64,000 nt of DNA, from contig JACPWO010000001.1 of NCBI GenBank assembly GCA_016197005.1, forward strand, positions 218,544 through 282,543. Direction: 5' to 3'. Below are positions 40,828-50,966 of this stretch, one piece after another. The first letter of the stretch is position 1; each line of letters begins with the position of its first letter. Both the position numbers and the translations under genes were made by a program. A model generated the notes under the pieces. It worked only from the letters and a program-made list of their open reading frames with translations. It was not told the origin of the DNA and made no database searches. Source of the DNA: Candidatus Anderseniibacteriota bacterium (GTDB taxonomy: Bacteria; Patescibacteriota; Andersenbacteria; UBA10190).

Positions 40828-41841
40828 TTACTGTAAATGCTCTGCCTTATTCCGGTTATGTTCGTCGTTCGTCTCGGCAAAAATGGTCTCACCCGACGGA
40901 GCAGATAAGTAGTAATAATATTCGGATGCTTCTGGTTTAATCGCGGCCGTCAGTGCACGCAGACCGGGATTGCTAATTGGGCCGGGCGGTAGACCACGGT
41001 ATTTTCGGGTGTTGTATGGCGAGTCTATCGCCAAATCTGCGACCGTAAGACCGGCTGTTGGCTTATTCAACGCATACCGAATGGTGGCATCAACGTACAG
41101 TCCTTCACCATCATCAAGTCGTTTCCATAAAATACCAGCCACGACCGCCATATCATCGTCAGTTTGCACTTCTCGTTCTAGAATACTGGCCATGTTGACC
41201 ATCTCATCCAGCGTTCGATCAGTTCCAGCCGCTAGGCCACTCTGAACAATCCGTCGATCAAAGTTTGTTAGCATACGACGAATAACATCGAGCGAAGTGT
41301 CATCTTCAAATACCCGATACGTATCTGGAAAAAGGTACCCTTCGAGTGTTCGTCCCTCTGGCAACTCACCTACAAAAGAAAATTCTTCAGCAAATTGAGC
41401 CGGACTGGAGACTGCCTGCATAAATTCCTCTTTCGTGCCAATACCACGTTCGGCCGTTCGCGCTGCTATTTGTTCGAGAGTAAAACCTTCGGGATACGTC
41501 AGGGTTAGTTCATTCTCCGTAGTATCTCCATTAATGAAGCGCGTAACGACTTCGCTGACTGGTTGTCCAATTGTTAAGTGATACGTTCCAGCCTGAATTT
41601 TATCCGCTGCTTCTTGCCGCCAGCTGTAGTACTTCCAAGGTAGCTCGCTACCAGTAAATCCTTCCGCCGCCAGTGCGCTCCACACGGCTCGGGAGGAAGT
41701 ACCGGATTCAATGGCAAAATCTCCGTCCTTTTCAAGGACAGCCCCCGCGATGAGCCAACGAAAACTAACAAGTAAGACGACGAATAGGACCAAACCGATG
41801 ATTCCGTAAAATTTGCGAGGACTTGTTACTTGAATAGCCAT
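40828..41841 (-). CDS. mltG: Endolytic transglycosylase MltG
   Basis: PEG, LEGYLFPDTY, ASILERE, SPYNT, GLPPGPISNPG. Confidence 0.96.
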   Translation of the reverse strand: MAIQVTSPRKFYGIIGLVLFVVLLVSFRWLIAGAVLEKDGDFAIESGTSSRAVWSALAAEGFTGSELPWKYYSWRQEAADKIQAGTYHLTIGQPVSEVVTRFINGDTTENELTLTYPEGFTLEQIAARTAERGIGTKEEFMQAVSSPAQFAEEFSFVGELPEGRTLEGYLFPDTYRVFEDDTSLDVIRRMLTNFDRRIVQSGLAAGTDRTLDEMVNMASILEREVQTDDDMAVVAGILWKRLDDGEGLYVDATIRYALNKPTAGLTVADLAIDSPYNTRKYRGLPPGPISNPGLRALTAAIKPEASEYYYYLSAPSGETIFAETNDEHNRNKAEHLQ

Positions 41842-41850
41842 AGACAGCTT

Positions 41851-42918
41851 TTAAAGATATTCTTTTTTACCCTCCCTTTCAATCCTCTCCACTACTTCCT
41901 TTACTTTATGGGCAGCGTCAGTATCACAAACGAGTACTGCCTTATCCGTTACCACCACCACGGCGTTATCAATACCTATTAACGAGACGGCTTTGTCCGT
42001 TGTGTTGTAAATAAAATTATTTTCCGAATCCACATGAATATGATGGCCGGCTGGCATATGATCTCCCACTTTTCCAAAGATTTCTTTTACAGTTGCCCAA
42101 TTACCAACGTCACTCCAACCATAGTCACCCGTAACAGCAATAATGGTTTTTGTTTTTTCCACGAATGTTTTTTCCAGTGCCACCTTCGGTAAGTTTTCAT
42201 ACACTTGTCGCCACTTATCCGTATCTTTGCTGGTAATTGCTGACGCTAGCTCTTCGCTCGCCTCTTTCCATTCAGGGCTAAGCGTCGTTACCTGAGACAG
42301 TAAATAAGTCGGCTTCAGCGAAAAGTATCCTAAATTCCAGAAGTAACCTCCGGCGGCCACAAAGCCTTCAGCTGTTTCTTTATTTGGTTTCTCAATAAAT
42401 TTTTCGACATGATATACGTTTGGTTTTCCTGCGAGAGCCTCTCCCACTTTGAAATACCCAAGAGTGGTATTGGGATTAAGCGGAACGTGTCCCGCAATAA
42501 TGAGCGCCTCAGGATATTGCTCCAGTAAAGCTGGAACAGTTTGTAAGTCCTTGAGAAATACTTCTTCATTGGCAAATACATGATCCGACCACAAGAAGGT
42601 GGTCGGCATATCACCTTTTCCTGATGCAATCAGATTAAGACAGACGTTTAAGAAAGCGGCGGTCGTATCACGTTTAGCCGGTTCTAGTAAAAGATGATCG
42701 GTTGTAACACCAGGTAGTAACTGCTCTATCTGCTTGGCATATTTTTCCGATGTGGCCACAAAAATATTTTCCGGAGATGTAAGAGCTGTGGCTCGTTCAT
42801 AGGCATGAACCAACAAAGGCTTACCGGTACCTAAATCCACAAACTGCTTCGGATTGTCCCGAACTGATAGAGGCCACAACCGTGTCCCCCCACCCCCCGC
42901 CATAATGACGACGTTCAT
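41851..42918 (-). CDS. manC: Mannose-1-phosphate guanylyltransferase
   Basis: MAGGGGTRLWPLS, PKQF, FIEKP, WSDVGNW. Confidence 0.93.
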   Translation of the reverse strand: MNVVIMAGGGGTRLWPLSVRDNPKQFVDLGTGKPLLVHAYERATALTSPENIFVATSEKYAKQIEQLLPGVTTDHLLLEPAKRDTTAAFLNVCLNLIASGKGDMPTTFLWSDHVFANEEVFLKDLQTVPALLEQYPEALIIAGHVPLNPNTTLGYFKVGEALAGKPNVYHVEKFIEKPNKETAEGFVAAGGYFWNLGYFSLKPTYLLSQVTTLSPEWKEASEELASAITSKDTDKWRQVYENLPKVALEKTFVEKTKTIIAVTGDYGWSDVGNWATVKEIFGKVGDHMPAGHHIHVDSENNFIYNTTDKAVSLIGIDNAVVVVTDKAVLVCDTDAAHKVKEVVERIEREGKKEYL

Positions 42919-42953
42919 GATTGGAGTGTACCGAGCATGGTAAACTATTGTCC

Positions 42954-44354
42954 ATGTCAGTCGCTGCTCGTGCCGTTCATGGAATCAACGTCTGCGTTAT
43001 TCCCTCCCCATATAACGATGATCGTCCGCTCGCTTTGCGGCATCGCTCACTCGCCACAGTCTCCGGGGCGCTTTTGGCAGTAAAGCTCTTGGCCGCCCTA
43101 GCGATAGCTTTTGCTCCCACTCCCGCTGAGCTTTCCGTCATCACCACTAACCGTATTATCCAACTTACTAACGCTGAACGACAAAAAGGTGGCTTATCTG
43201 CTCTTACTACGAATAGCCAACTAACAGCGGCCGCTCAAGAAAAATGCAAACACATGCTTGAGGAAGATTACTTCGCCCACATTTCCCCAAGTGGTGTTAC
43301 CCCGTGGTTTTGGATAAAAAAACATGGATATACCTACCAAGTGGCTGGGGAAAACTTAGCAATTGATTTTACTGAAGCTGAAGACGTGGTAGCTGCCTGG
43401 ATGGCCAGCCCCTCCCACAAAGCGAATATTATGCACAGCGAATATACCGAGACCGGGGTGGCAGTGGTGAGTGGTGAATTTCAAGGAGGCACCTCTATTG
43501 TTGTTGTACATATGTTTGGATTACCAGCTGGCGCAACAGCTCCGTCCTCTACACCCGTCCCTACATCTACACCAGCGACTGCCGGCACTCAACAAAAAAT
43601 ATCCACCCCCACTCCCTCGCCCACCACCACTCCACTTCCTACCACCCCGACAGCAGTACCCCCGAGCCCGTCCGCTGTTCCTCTCCGCACGCCCCGCATT
43701 GCGCTGGCCGGTACCGCGACGGCCGGAGCGACCGTGCTCGTTTCAATTGAAGGCGAAGGTAACAGTGCCATTACTGTTTTAGCGAACGGACAAGCCGCCG
43801 ACACTATTAACTTGCCGCCGACTGGCCAAGCCACAGCTGCAATAAATATCTCTTCTATTCCAGATGGAGCTGTAGTCCTTCGCGCCTATGCCTCAGGCTT
43901 TGGCAGACAAAGCGAACTATCTGAAGGAGTAGCTATAACGAAGGATACGACTGGGCCAGCGCTGGCCTTTGCAGATCTTTCCTTTGTGATTTCTCCGGCC
44001 TTTGATACCGCCCAAGCAGCGGTGAGCCTGCCAAGCGTAAATGGCTCACAAAGCATTCAACTCATCGATATTCGTTCTACAGAAACACTCGAAGCGCGCG
44101 ATGAGCATGGCAACGTTTCCGTTGTAGATACGACGTCGCTTAAGCCCAGCTTCGAAGAAACCGCTCAAAGTGCAGAGCTGCGAGCGCCCCAACGACTGCT
44201 CCAGGTGTCTCGTCACATGTCAGTAGTTGTCCTCATCGTCTTACTTGTCCTGCTATCGATGGCAATAATAATCCGCATTCACGTCCAACACCCTGCTCTT
44301 ATTATGCACGCGTCGCTGGCTATTCTTCTCTCAAGTGTTCTGTTTCTGATCTAA
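42954..44354 (+). CDS. CAP (SCP) domain surface protein with Pro/Thr linker, Ig-like region and C-terminal TM segments
   Basis: TNAER, YFAH, AGENLA, WMASPSHKANI. Confidence 0.88.
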   Translation: MSVAARAVHGINVCVIPSPYNDDRPLALRHRSLATVSGALLAVKLLAALAIAFAPTPAELSVITTNRIIQLTNAERQKGGLSALTTNSQLTAAAQEKCKHMLEEDYFAHISPSGVTPWFWIKKHGYTYQVAGENLAIDFTEAEDVVAAWMASPSHKANIMHSEYTETGVAVVSGEFQGGTSIVVVHMFGLPAGATAPSSTPVPTSTPATAGTQQKISTPTPSPTTTPLPTTPTAVPPSPSAVPLRTPRIALAGTATAGATVLVSIEGEGNSAITVLANGQAADTINLPPTGQATAAINISSIPDGAVVLRAYASGFGRQSELSEGVAITKDTTGPALAFADLSFVISPAFDTAQAAVSLPSVNGSQSIQLIDIRSTETLEARDEHGNVSVVDTTSLKPSFEETAQSAELRAPQRLLQVSRHMSVVVLIVLLVLLSMAIIIRIHVQHPALIMHASLAILLSSVLFLI

Positions 44355-44453
44355 TTTTACACCCAAAAGGATTATTGAGATTTTGCCGTTTTAGGTGGTA
44401 AAATCCACGTGTGATGTGGAATATTGGATTTCCAACCGAAGGAGGTGTTAACC

Positions 44454-44630
44454 ATGGCTGACGCACTTATCGTCGCAAGTAAAGTCCGTGCTCACCTCAA
44501 GACTCAAGGTGTGAAGATGTCTGGTGAACTTCCGGACGCACTCAACAAGAAAGTTATGGCCCTTCTTAATGATGCCGCTGCACGCTGCAAGGGTAACAAA
44601 CGTTCTACCGTAAAACCTCAGGACGTATAA
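44454..44630 (+). CDS. Histone-fold protein (bacterial histone-like, 58 aa)
   Basis: LIVASKV...S...DAL...A...KRSTVKPQD; AGGAGGT SD; own promoter-like site and terminator. Confidence 0.85.
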   Translation: MADALIVASKVRAHLKTQGVKMSGELPDALNKKVMALLNDAAARCKGNKRSTVKPQDV

Positions 44631-44651
44631 TGATAGGGCTAGAATAGCCCG

Positions 44652-44686
44652 AAAAGCCCCAGGATTGCGATTTCTTGGGGTTTTTC
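44652..44686 (+). terminator. Intrinsic terminator after the histone-fold gene
   Basis: GCCCCAGGA...TCTTGGGG followed by TTTTT. Confidence 0.75.
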
Positions 44687-44762
44687 TTATAGTAGAAAAG
44701 CCGTAAAAACCAAATAAAATTGACAAATAAGGCAAATAAGGTTAATATTACCCGTTATTTAT

Positions 44763-45449
44763 ATGAAGACCTTCCCTCTCTTTTTAGCCGTTTTTGGCTT
44801 TGCCTCCCTCTTTTTCTTTGGGCTGGGCGTTGTTGCGTTAATGGTCACCCCAGTGGTTGCCAGCTTAACGGTGGGCAAAGAGGCATACCAGCCTCTCCTG
44901 CCAGTTAGCGAGGCTCGCGAGGAAGGTTTCCTGGATGTTAAGGAAAACCCCGGAAAACAGATGTATCCTGCCCTCACGACGGAAGGACAAAGCTTGCCTC
45001 AAACAAACCGTATTGTCATTCCCGCGCTTGATGTCGATGTCCCAATCATTATGAGCCCTTCGTTGGAAGATGTTGATGTTATCGCCACTCTCAATGAAGG
45101 TGCGGCCTTGTATCCCAACGGTGTACTGCCAGGACACTTAGGTAACCTCTTCATCTCTGCTCACAGCACTGGCGAGCCATGGAAGGGTAAATATCGTTTT
45201 GCTTTCCTGCGGATTAATGAGCTACAGCCAGGAAACGTTTTGCATATTGATTACAATGGCACTCGCTACACCTACACCATGACTGATCAGGAGATTGTAA
45301 CTCCAACTCCCGATTACCGCGTGGTATCTGATCGTCCGGTGCCAACACTTTCGCTCATGGCCTGCTGGCCAATTTGGTCAACCCAAAAACGCATGCTTAT
45401 TCACGCTGACCTCACCAACGTCACCAAACTGACACAGCGTCCAGCTTAA
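44763..45449 (+). CDS. Sortase
   Basis: N-terminal TM, RIVIP, SAHS (His), F..INEL.PG, TLSLMACWP (Cys), KR (Arg). Confidence 0.9.
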   Translation: MKTFPLFLAVFGFASLFFFGLGVVALMVTPVVASLTVGKEAYQPLLPVSEAREEGFLDVKENPGKQMYPALTTEGQSLPQTNRIVIPALDVDVPIIMSPSLEDVDVIATLNEGAALYPNGVLPGHLGNLFISAHSTGEPWKGKYRFAFLRINELQPGNVLHIDYNGTRYTYTMTDQEIVTPTPDYRVVSDRPVPTLSLMACWPIWSTQKRMLIHADLTNVTKLTQRPA

Positions 45450-45458
45450 CTCTTTTTG

Positions 45459-46253
45459 TTAACAATTCTGCGCTTTGCGCCAACCGGCCTCCGTTGCCTC
45501 TTTTTCCGTACAAAAATATTTCTCTCCCTGCGCCGCATCTATTTCTGTCCGGCCGTAACTACCACAACCCGGAAGATGATAAATCTTCTGGCCACTACTA
45601 ATATTTCCTTTGATAGTGCAATCTCCGGACGGTAGCGGCAGCGGCGTACTGGTACCAGTTGCCCCACACTGCCCGCTCCAGATCCCCCATTTCATCTGCC
45701 GAGCAAACTCTTCAGCTGTATCTAATTGCACTTGATAGGCGACGTCCGGTGGATATTTAGAAGCCCGCGCAAATCCTTCGCGTACTAACACATCGTTTAT
45801 AAAAACATCATCAACGTAGATATACCGAAGTAATCGACCCAGGCGATCGGTTTCACTTACGTCCTTTTCTAAACGAACGCGCTTTCCCTCAACCAGTGTT
45901 TTATTTTTCTCTGAAGCTTCTTTTCCTAGACACTCAACTGGCGTCCCTACCTGAACTGACTCCGGTGTATCGATGCCGATATACCGCACGCGTCTGCCAC
46001 CTACTAATACGACGGTGTCACCATCAACTACACGCTCGACGACAGCAAATTCATCCTGAGCTCCAGCTACTTTTGTTGGAGCTGGAGTCGGAGTTGGAGT
46101 ACTTACAGGTGTTGCGAGTGGAGTGGGAAGAGATGTAGGAAGAGTTAGCGGTTGTAAAGAATTATCAGTTCGTAAAATAAAGTAGCCGGCAACTATTATA
46201 ACCAGCAGCCACAGACCTTTCTTTAAGAGCGTCGCTTTTTTCGAGACCGCCAT
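45459..46253 (-). CDS. Membrane-anchored thermonuclease with C-terminal Cys-rich domain
   Basis: VVDGDT, VRYIGIDTPE, DRLGRLLRY; CTIKGNI...YHLPGC...GWRKA. Confidence 0.92.
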   Translation of the reverse strand: MAVSKKATLLKKGLWLLVIIVAGYFILRTDNSLQPLTLPTSLPTPLATPVSTPTPTPAPTKVAGAQDEFAVVERVVDGDTVVLVGGRRVRYIGIDTPESVQVGTPVECLGKEASEKNKTLVEGKRVRLEKDVSETDRLGRLLRYIYVDDVFINDVLVREGFARASKYPPDVAYQVQLDTAEEFARQMKWGIWSGQCGATGTSTPLPLPSGDCTIKGNISSGQKIYHLPGCGSYGRTEIDAAQGEKYFCTEKEATEAGWRKAQNC

Positions 46254-47527
46254 AATGAGTAACCAAAGGCGGCAGCGCCAACAATGATAAGTACCAAACC
46301 AATCTTAAGCCTACCTTCTGCTACGCGAGCGTCACTTGCCAGCTCATCTATTTGTTGCGGCGCAAGGTTATACCGTACTTCTCGAGCAAAATATTCCTTT
46401 TCTGGTGAAGCAATACGAACAGATACACGAGGAGTTCCGACAATGTCTCGCGGTAAGGGGAAGATGAATGTACCCTGGCGAATACTGTCGGCAAGTTTTA
46501 ACCCTTGTTCAGTGTGGCTGGCCAGAACTCCGTGATCGTCACCTAACGATACTACTACATCAGCATCAAATGTCGTCTCAGCATCGGCGGCTCCGACAAA
46601 ATCTACTGCCACGATAGCTTTATCATTTGCTTTACTTCCCATCCGATCTATTCGTGTCCATAACACATCAGCATCCGCTCCCCGCACTACCCAACGATAC
46701 GTTGCTAAACTAGAAACTTGTCGGCCACTACTTCCACGAAGCCACAGAACACCAAAATATACTTCTGGTTGATCGGCGGCAACAACTGGCATTTTAAAAC
46801 GTGTCGGCTGCCCGGCTCGAAGTGTTTGTGGCCTTCCTATTACCTGATTCAACCGACCGCGGGCTTGGTCAAATTCATAGATATCCAGCACGGGAGTAAC
46901 CGTTATCCCCTGCTCGGAAGTAGCCTCCGCTTGGATTTCAAATGAAGATCCAGCCGAAACATTTGGACCAGACAAAGGTTCAAGCACTGTATCTTGGTAC
47001 TCAGGAATATCGAATGGTCCTGGACCAAGCTCAATGACATCAGCGACAGCGGAGCCAGTGACGGTAATAGTTGCGTCATACCATCCCAAATCCCGTCCCC
47101 GCAGTGACGTCATCATTAGCCGCATCCGATAAGCGCCATTTGGTAGCCCAGGTAGTTTATACGTAACTGGCACTGCCTTTGTTTCCTGTGGGGCCAAGGT
47201 AATATTTTCAGGGAAGACTTGTACGTCGTATAAAATTACGCTGCTCTCCTGAATAGCTTCTTCTGTTCCCTCAGGCAGACTCATGAGCTCAACTCGGTAC
47301 CCTAAATCGGCAACCGTACTTTTTTCGCTATTAAATGCGTTAAAGACGCCAGTTACCGTTTGGGTTTTTGCATCAAAGGTCACTTCCGCTTTGGGGATAA
47401 AGACGCGGGGTGGATGGTAAGTGTTATTTAAGTCAATCTCTCCCCGATTGCCAAAAGGTGAAGTACTTTGAGCGTATGCGAGGCTAGGTAGCAATAATCC
47501 GATCGCGACTAGCGTAAAGAGTTTCAT
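46223..47527 (-). CDS. Secreted Ig-like protein with C-terminal membrane anchor
   Basis: Signal peptide (AYA), beta-rich body, C-terminal TM plus RSRKKRRS. Confidence 0.7.
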   Translation of the reverse strand: MKLFTLVAIGLLLPSLAYAQSTSPFGNRGEIDLNNTYHPPRVFIPKAEVTFDAKTQTVTGVFNAFNSEKSTVADLGYRVELMSLPEGTEEAIQESSVILYDVQVFPENITLAPQETKAVPVTYKLPGLPNGAYRMRLMMTSLRGRDLGWYDATITVTGSAVADVIELGPGPFDIPEYQDTVLEPLSGPNVSAGSSFEIQAEATSEQGITVTPVLDIYEFDQARGRLNQVIGRPQTLRAGQPTRFKMPVVAADQPEVYFGVLWLRGSSGRQVSSLATYRWVVRGADADVLWTRIDRMGSKANDKAIVAVDFVGAADAETTFDADVVVSLGDDHGVLASHTEQGLKLADSIRQGTFIFPLPRDIVGTPRVSVRIASPEKEYFAREVRYNLAPQQIDELASDARVAEGRLKIGLVLIIVGAAAFGYSLWRSRKKRRS

Positions 47528-47560
47528 AGCAGCAGTGTATCAAATTCTTCTCCCTAACTA

Positions 47561-47589
47561 AACAACCCTGCTGTACGCAGGGTTGTTAT
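47561..47589 (-). terminator. Terminator hairpin
   Basis: AACAACCCTG/CAGGGTTGTT inverted repeat. Confidence 0.7.
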
Positions 47590-47609
47590 TACAGGTTTTA
47601 TGGAGTTAT

Positions 47610-48992
47610 TTAGAAGAATCGGCGGGCTAAGAACGCTAGGCCGCTTGCTCCTCCAAAAAGGTTAAAGAGAGCGAAAGAAGCAGTTCCACCAGTGCGAGCG
47701 GTTACCGGCACCTGAACAATTTGATTTACAATGTGCCTTTCAATTATTGTCTCAGTCACGCCAGCCACTTCTGGCTCTCGTTCAACAATTGTGGTGTCTT
47801 CATCTTCATCACAAACGTCATGGTCATCAGAACACGCTTCGATAGTGTTGTGAAGATTAGCTCCATTAGGCGCACTGTCTTTTACCGTAGCGGTAATGTG
47901 GTAAGTCTTTGACTCATTTTCATCTAAGTGAATTCCCGTCCAACGAACAGTTTGTCCAGAGATAGAACCACCGCTGCTGACAGATGTAATTGTGAGGTAG
48001 GATGGGACATGATCTTCTATTTCGACGTCATGGAGGTCTACGTCTCCCGTATTCTCGACTTCAATTTCATACGTCAGGCTGTGCCCAGGACGCGTGATAT
48101 CTCGATTGTCCGTCTTAGTTACTCGAATGGCTGGATCGCCTGGTGCTGGGGTAGGTGTAGGAGTTGGCGTGGGTGTAGGGGTTGGCGTCGGAGTTGGTGT
48201 AGGCGTCACAGTTGGCGTTGGAGTCACAGTCGGAGTTGGTGTCACCGTGGGAGTAGGAGTTATGGTTGGCGTTGGTGTAATTGTTGGTGTAGGCGTAGCG
48301 GTTGGAGTAGGCGTCGGAGTTGGCGTGGGTGTAGGGGTTGGCGTTGGAGTAGGAATGCCAGCAAAATTGAGCCAAATGTTAACTGCTGTTGCTCGATTAG
48401 TGGCAAAGGCTTCGTCACTCAAACTAAATGAAGTGGTTGGAGTAAACTTGCGTAACCACTTCCCTACCACCTGCAGGGTTACTTTTGTTTCTCCTGCTTT
48501 GAGACTTGATAGGTTCAGGATGTGACTACCGGTTCGACTAGCGAAACAATACAGCGTGCCATTACAGAACTTCTCGCTATACACATCATCAGTGAGCATG
48601 ATCCAGTTGCTCTGAGCTGTGCCCTCGTAGTTACTGTGGTGCCCACCCATTTGGTCAAAACGACTCAGGACCCGAGCATTGAACACGATGTTATTACATA
48701 CTAAAAAGTCGACTCGGTAACTAAACGGAACGGCTGTTATGTCATATGTACCGGCCGCAGCATTGTGGATTGGAGAATTTACGAAAAGCTGAATAACAGG
48801 TTCATTACTGAGACGTTTTGGCAAATCATCATATCCTGTTGTAAGGCGTGGATTAATAACGGTAATACCATTTGAGCCAGCGCCAGCAGCTTTTTCTAAG
48901 TTGGCAGTAAATAACAATGCACCGAGCACCATCAGGGCACTAGCTAAGAGATACGGAAAGAAACGGAGGTTCTGTTTTACTAGGCTACTCAT
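47610..48992 (-). CDS. Surface protein: N-terminal head, Thr-Pro stalk, DUF11 domain, sortase-type C-terminal signal
   Basis: (TP)n tract; RVTKT...[15 protein letters not shown]; VPVTARTG, hydrophobic segment, RRFF. Confidence 0.85.
   Translation of the reverse strand: MSSLVKQNLRFFPYLLASALMVLGALLFTANLEKAAGAGSNGITVINPRLTTGYDDLPKRLSNEPVIQLFVNSPIHNAAAGTYDITAVPFSYRVDFLVCNNIVFNARVLSRFDQMGGHHSNYEGTAQSNWIMLTDDVYSEKFCNGTLYCFASRTGSHILNLSSLKAGETKVTLQVVGKWLRKFTPTTSFSLSDEAFATNRATAVNIWLNFAGIPTPTPTPTPTPTPTPTPTATPTPTITPTPTITPTPTVTPTPTVTPTPTVTPTPTPTPTPTPTPTPTPTPAPGDPAIRVTKTDNRDITRPGHSLTYEIEVENTGDVDLHDVEIEDHVPSYLTITSVSSGGSISGQTVRWTGIHLDENESKTYHITATVKDSAPNGANLHNTIEACSDDHDVCDEDEDTTIVEREPEVAGVTETIIERHIVNQIVQVPVTARTGGTASFALFNLFGGASGLAFLARRFF
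48145..48355 (-). repeat. Thr-Pro coding repeat
   Basis: Degenerate 6-bp periodicity; GGAGTTGGCGTGGGTGTAGGGGTTGGCGT occurs twice. Confidence 0.9.
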
Positions 48993-49062
48993 AAATACGT
49001 CAGATAATTAAAGGTTAACAAATTAGAATACGAAGGAAATCCCCGAACTGTCAATCTCATTT

Positions 49063-49097
49063 ACAACAACAACCCGGCACTGTGCAGGGTTGTTGTT
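49063..49097 (-). terminator. Terminator hairpin paralogous to 47561-47589
   Basis: ACAACAACCC...GGGTTGTTGT. Confidence 0.7.
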
Positions 49098-49118
49098 GAG
49101 TCTGATCATCTTCTGAAC

Positions 49119-50816
49119 TTAGAAGAACTTGCGGAGAACGAAGGCTAGACCGCCAGCGCCACCGAATAGGTTAAGGAGAGCGACCGAAGCCAGACCGCCC
49201 GTTTTGGCCGTAATTGGAACTGGAACGATACCATAACTTGTGCCAGCTACATCTTTGACTACTGTTTGCGTGATAATGTGCTGAACAGTTTTATGAGAAG
49301 TTCCAGCTACCTTGCCCGCGTTATCTACACTGGTCGAATCACTATCTTCATCACAGACATCGAAGTCATCTGAGCAAACTTCTACTCGGTTCGACAACAG
49401 GACTCCGTCAGGAACATTGCTTTTAACAGTGACGGTAATAGTGAATGTCTTGGTGTCGTTTTCTCCGATAGTAATACCGTCCCATGTAACTTTCTGACCA
49501 GCAATTGTGCCACCATCACTAGCTGACTTGATTGTTAAGTAGGATGGTACGTTGTCTTCAATGTGGATGTCGTGAATATCTACGTCACCCGTGTTCTCGA
49601 CTTCAATTTCATAGGTAAATGTATTGCCCGGTTTAACGAGATTCTGACTGGCTGTCTTCGTTACTCGAATATCTGCGTCATCAGGATCGGGAGTTGCCGT
49701 TGGGGTAGGCGTAGGAGTTGGCGTGGGTGTCACGGTGACCGTTGGAGTTGGAGTTACCGTAGCAGTCGGGGTTGGAGTCGGTGTCGGAGTTATAGTCGGC
49801 GTAGCAGTCGGAGTCACCGTAGGCGTCGCTGTGGGTGTAGCTGTCGGGGTAGATGTCGGTGTTGGAGTAACAGTTGCAGTGGGTGTTGGAGTTGCGGTTG
49901 GGGTTGGAGTAGCTGTAGGTGTCGCGGTCGGAGTAACTGTCGGGGTTGCTGTTGGTGTGACAGTAGGAGTCGCCGTTGGCGTAGCTGTTGGCGTAGCTGT
50001 AGGAGTAGCAGTTACAGTCGGCGTGGGAGTCGGGGTATCAGTAGGTGTTGGAGTCGGAGTAGCGGTAGGCGTAGGAGTTGGCGTGGGTGTAGGGGTACCA
50101 GTAGGAGTAACGGTCGGAGTCGTTGTTGGTGTAGTGGTTGGTGTTGCAGTCGGCGTGGCTGTAGGAGTTGGAGTGGCGGTTACCGTCGGAGTTGGGGTTG
50201 GAGTACCTAATACTGACGTGTCATAAAACAAAACATACTCGTCAATCCTTGGTCCAGCCGTCAATACAAAGCTGGCAACATTTGGAGCTGAATCGTAAAT
50301 TGTTACCTCATCTTTTAAAATACGACCGAGTTTCTCTCGTCCGTTATTTGGTCGCTCACTTCGTTCACGGCGAACACCATTTGAGCCACCGGTAAATGTA
50401 GAGCCATCAAGAATGATGAGACCGGCGGCACCAACTTTCCCGCGAGCAACATCACCATCAACTTTAATCTTGATCCAACCAGGGCCACGTTGCAGGGCTA
50501 AGCCGGTTGGATATACTGGTTCGGATTCAACAATAGGTTGGCCGCCAGTCGCGACTGGGAAGGTTTCGTTATCTTGGACAATTTGACCGCTCCCTAATTT
50601 TACAGTTGGCGTCATAACGCTCCGTCGAGTGGAGAGAACGGCACTAAAATCTACTCGAGCGTTAATGACTGGTGTCAAAGCTTCGGCAATATGTGTTTGG
50701 ACAGATACGAACGCAAGAATTCCGACAACAAGAAACGCCCCAGACAAACTGATAAATGGCGTTGAGATTCCAATCTTCTTTGCGAAAATTTTCTTTGACA
50801 GTATTTCCTTAAACAT
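49119..50816 (-). CDS. Surface protein: N-terminal head, long Thr-Pro-Ala stalk, DUF11 domain, sortase-type C-terminal signal
   Basis: ~170-aa T/P/A/V tract; [13 protein letters not shown]; VPITAKTG, hydrophobic segment, RKFF. Confidence 0.85.
   Translation of the reverse strand: MFKEILSKKIFAKKIGISTPFISLSGAFLVVGILAFVSVQTHIAEALTPVINARVDFSAVLSTRRSVMTPTVKLGSGQIVQDNETFPVATGGQPIVESEPVYPTGLALQRGPGWIKIKVDGDVARGKVGAAGLIILDGSTFTGGSNGVRRERSERPNNGREKLGRILKDEVTIYDSAPNVASFVLTAGPRIDEYVLFYDTSVLGTPTPTPTVTATPTPTATPTATPTTTPTTTPTVTPTGTPTPTPTPTPTATPTPTPTDTPTPTPTVTATPTATPTATPTATPTVTPTATPTVTPTATPTATPTPTATPTPTATVTPTPTSTPTATPTATPTVTPTATPTITPTPTPTPTATVTPTPTVTVTPTPTPTPTPTATPDPDDADIRVTKTASQNLVKPGNTFTYEIEVENTGDVDIHDIHIEDNVPSYLTIKSASDGGTIAGQKVTWDGITIGENDTKTFTITVTVKSNVPDGVLLSNRVEVCSDDFDVCDEDSDSTSVDNAGKVAGTSHKTVQHIITQTVVKDVAGTSYGIVPVPITAKTGGLASVALLNLFGGAGGLAFVLRKFF
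49690..50205 (-). repeat. Thr-Pro/Thr-Ala coding repeat
   Basis: Low-complexity tract encoding [10 protein letters not shown] units. Confidence 0.9.
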
Positions 50817-50966
50817 GTCTTATATTTAATGAGTAAAACAGCTGATTATCTTACAAAGCACTGCCCCTACCGTCAAATGAATGACGCGTATGTTGCTACT
50901 ATACCTACTCCCTCGTGGCGCGCTAGAGATAAAACGGCTTTGTTGCCAGGTAGTCTGACAGAAATT

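Noticed and set aside
47928-50395. Plus-strand Val-Gly-rich and Arg/Cys-rich ORFs; possible CRISPR array
   Set aside because: Antisense or alternate frames of the Thr-Pro tracts; no repeat-spacer structure and no cas genes.
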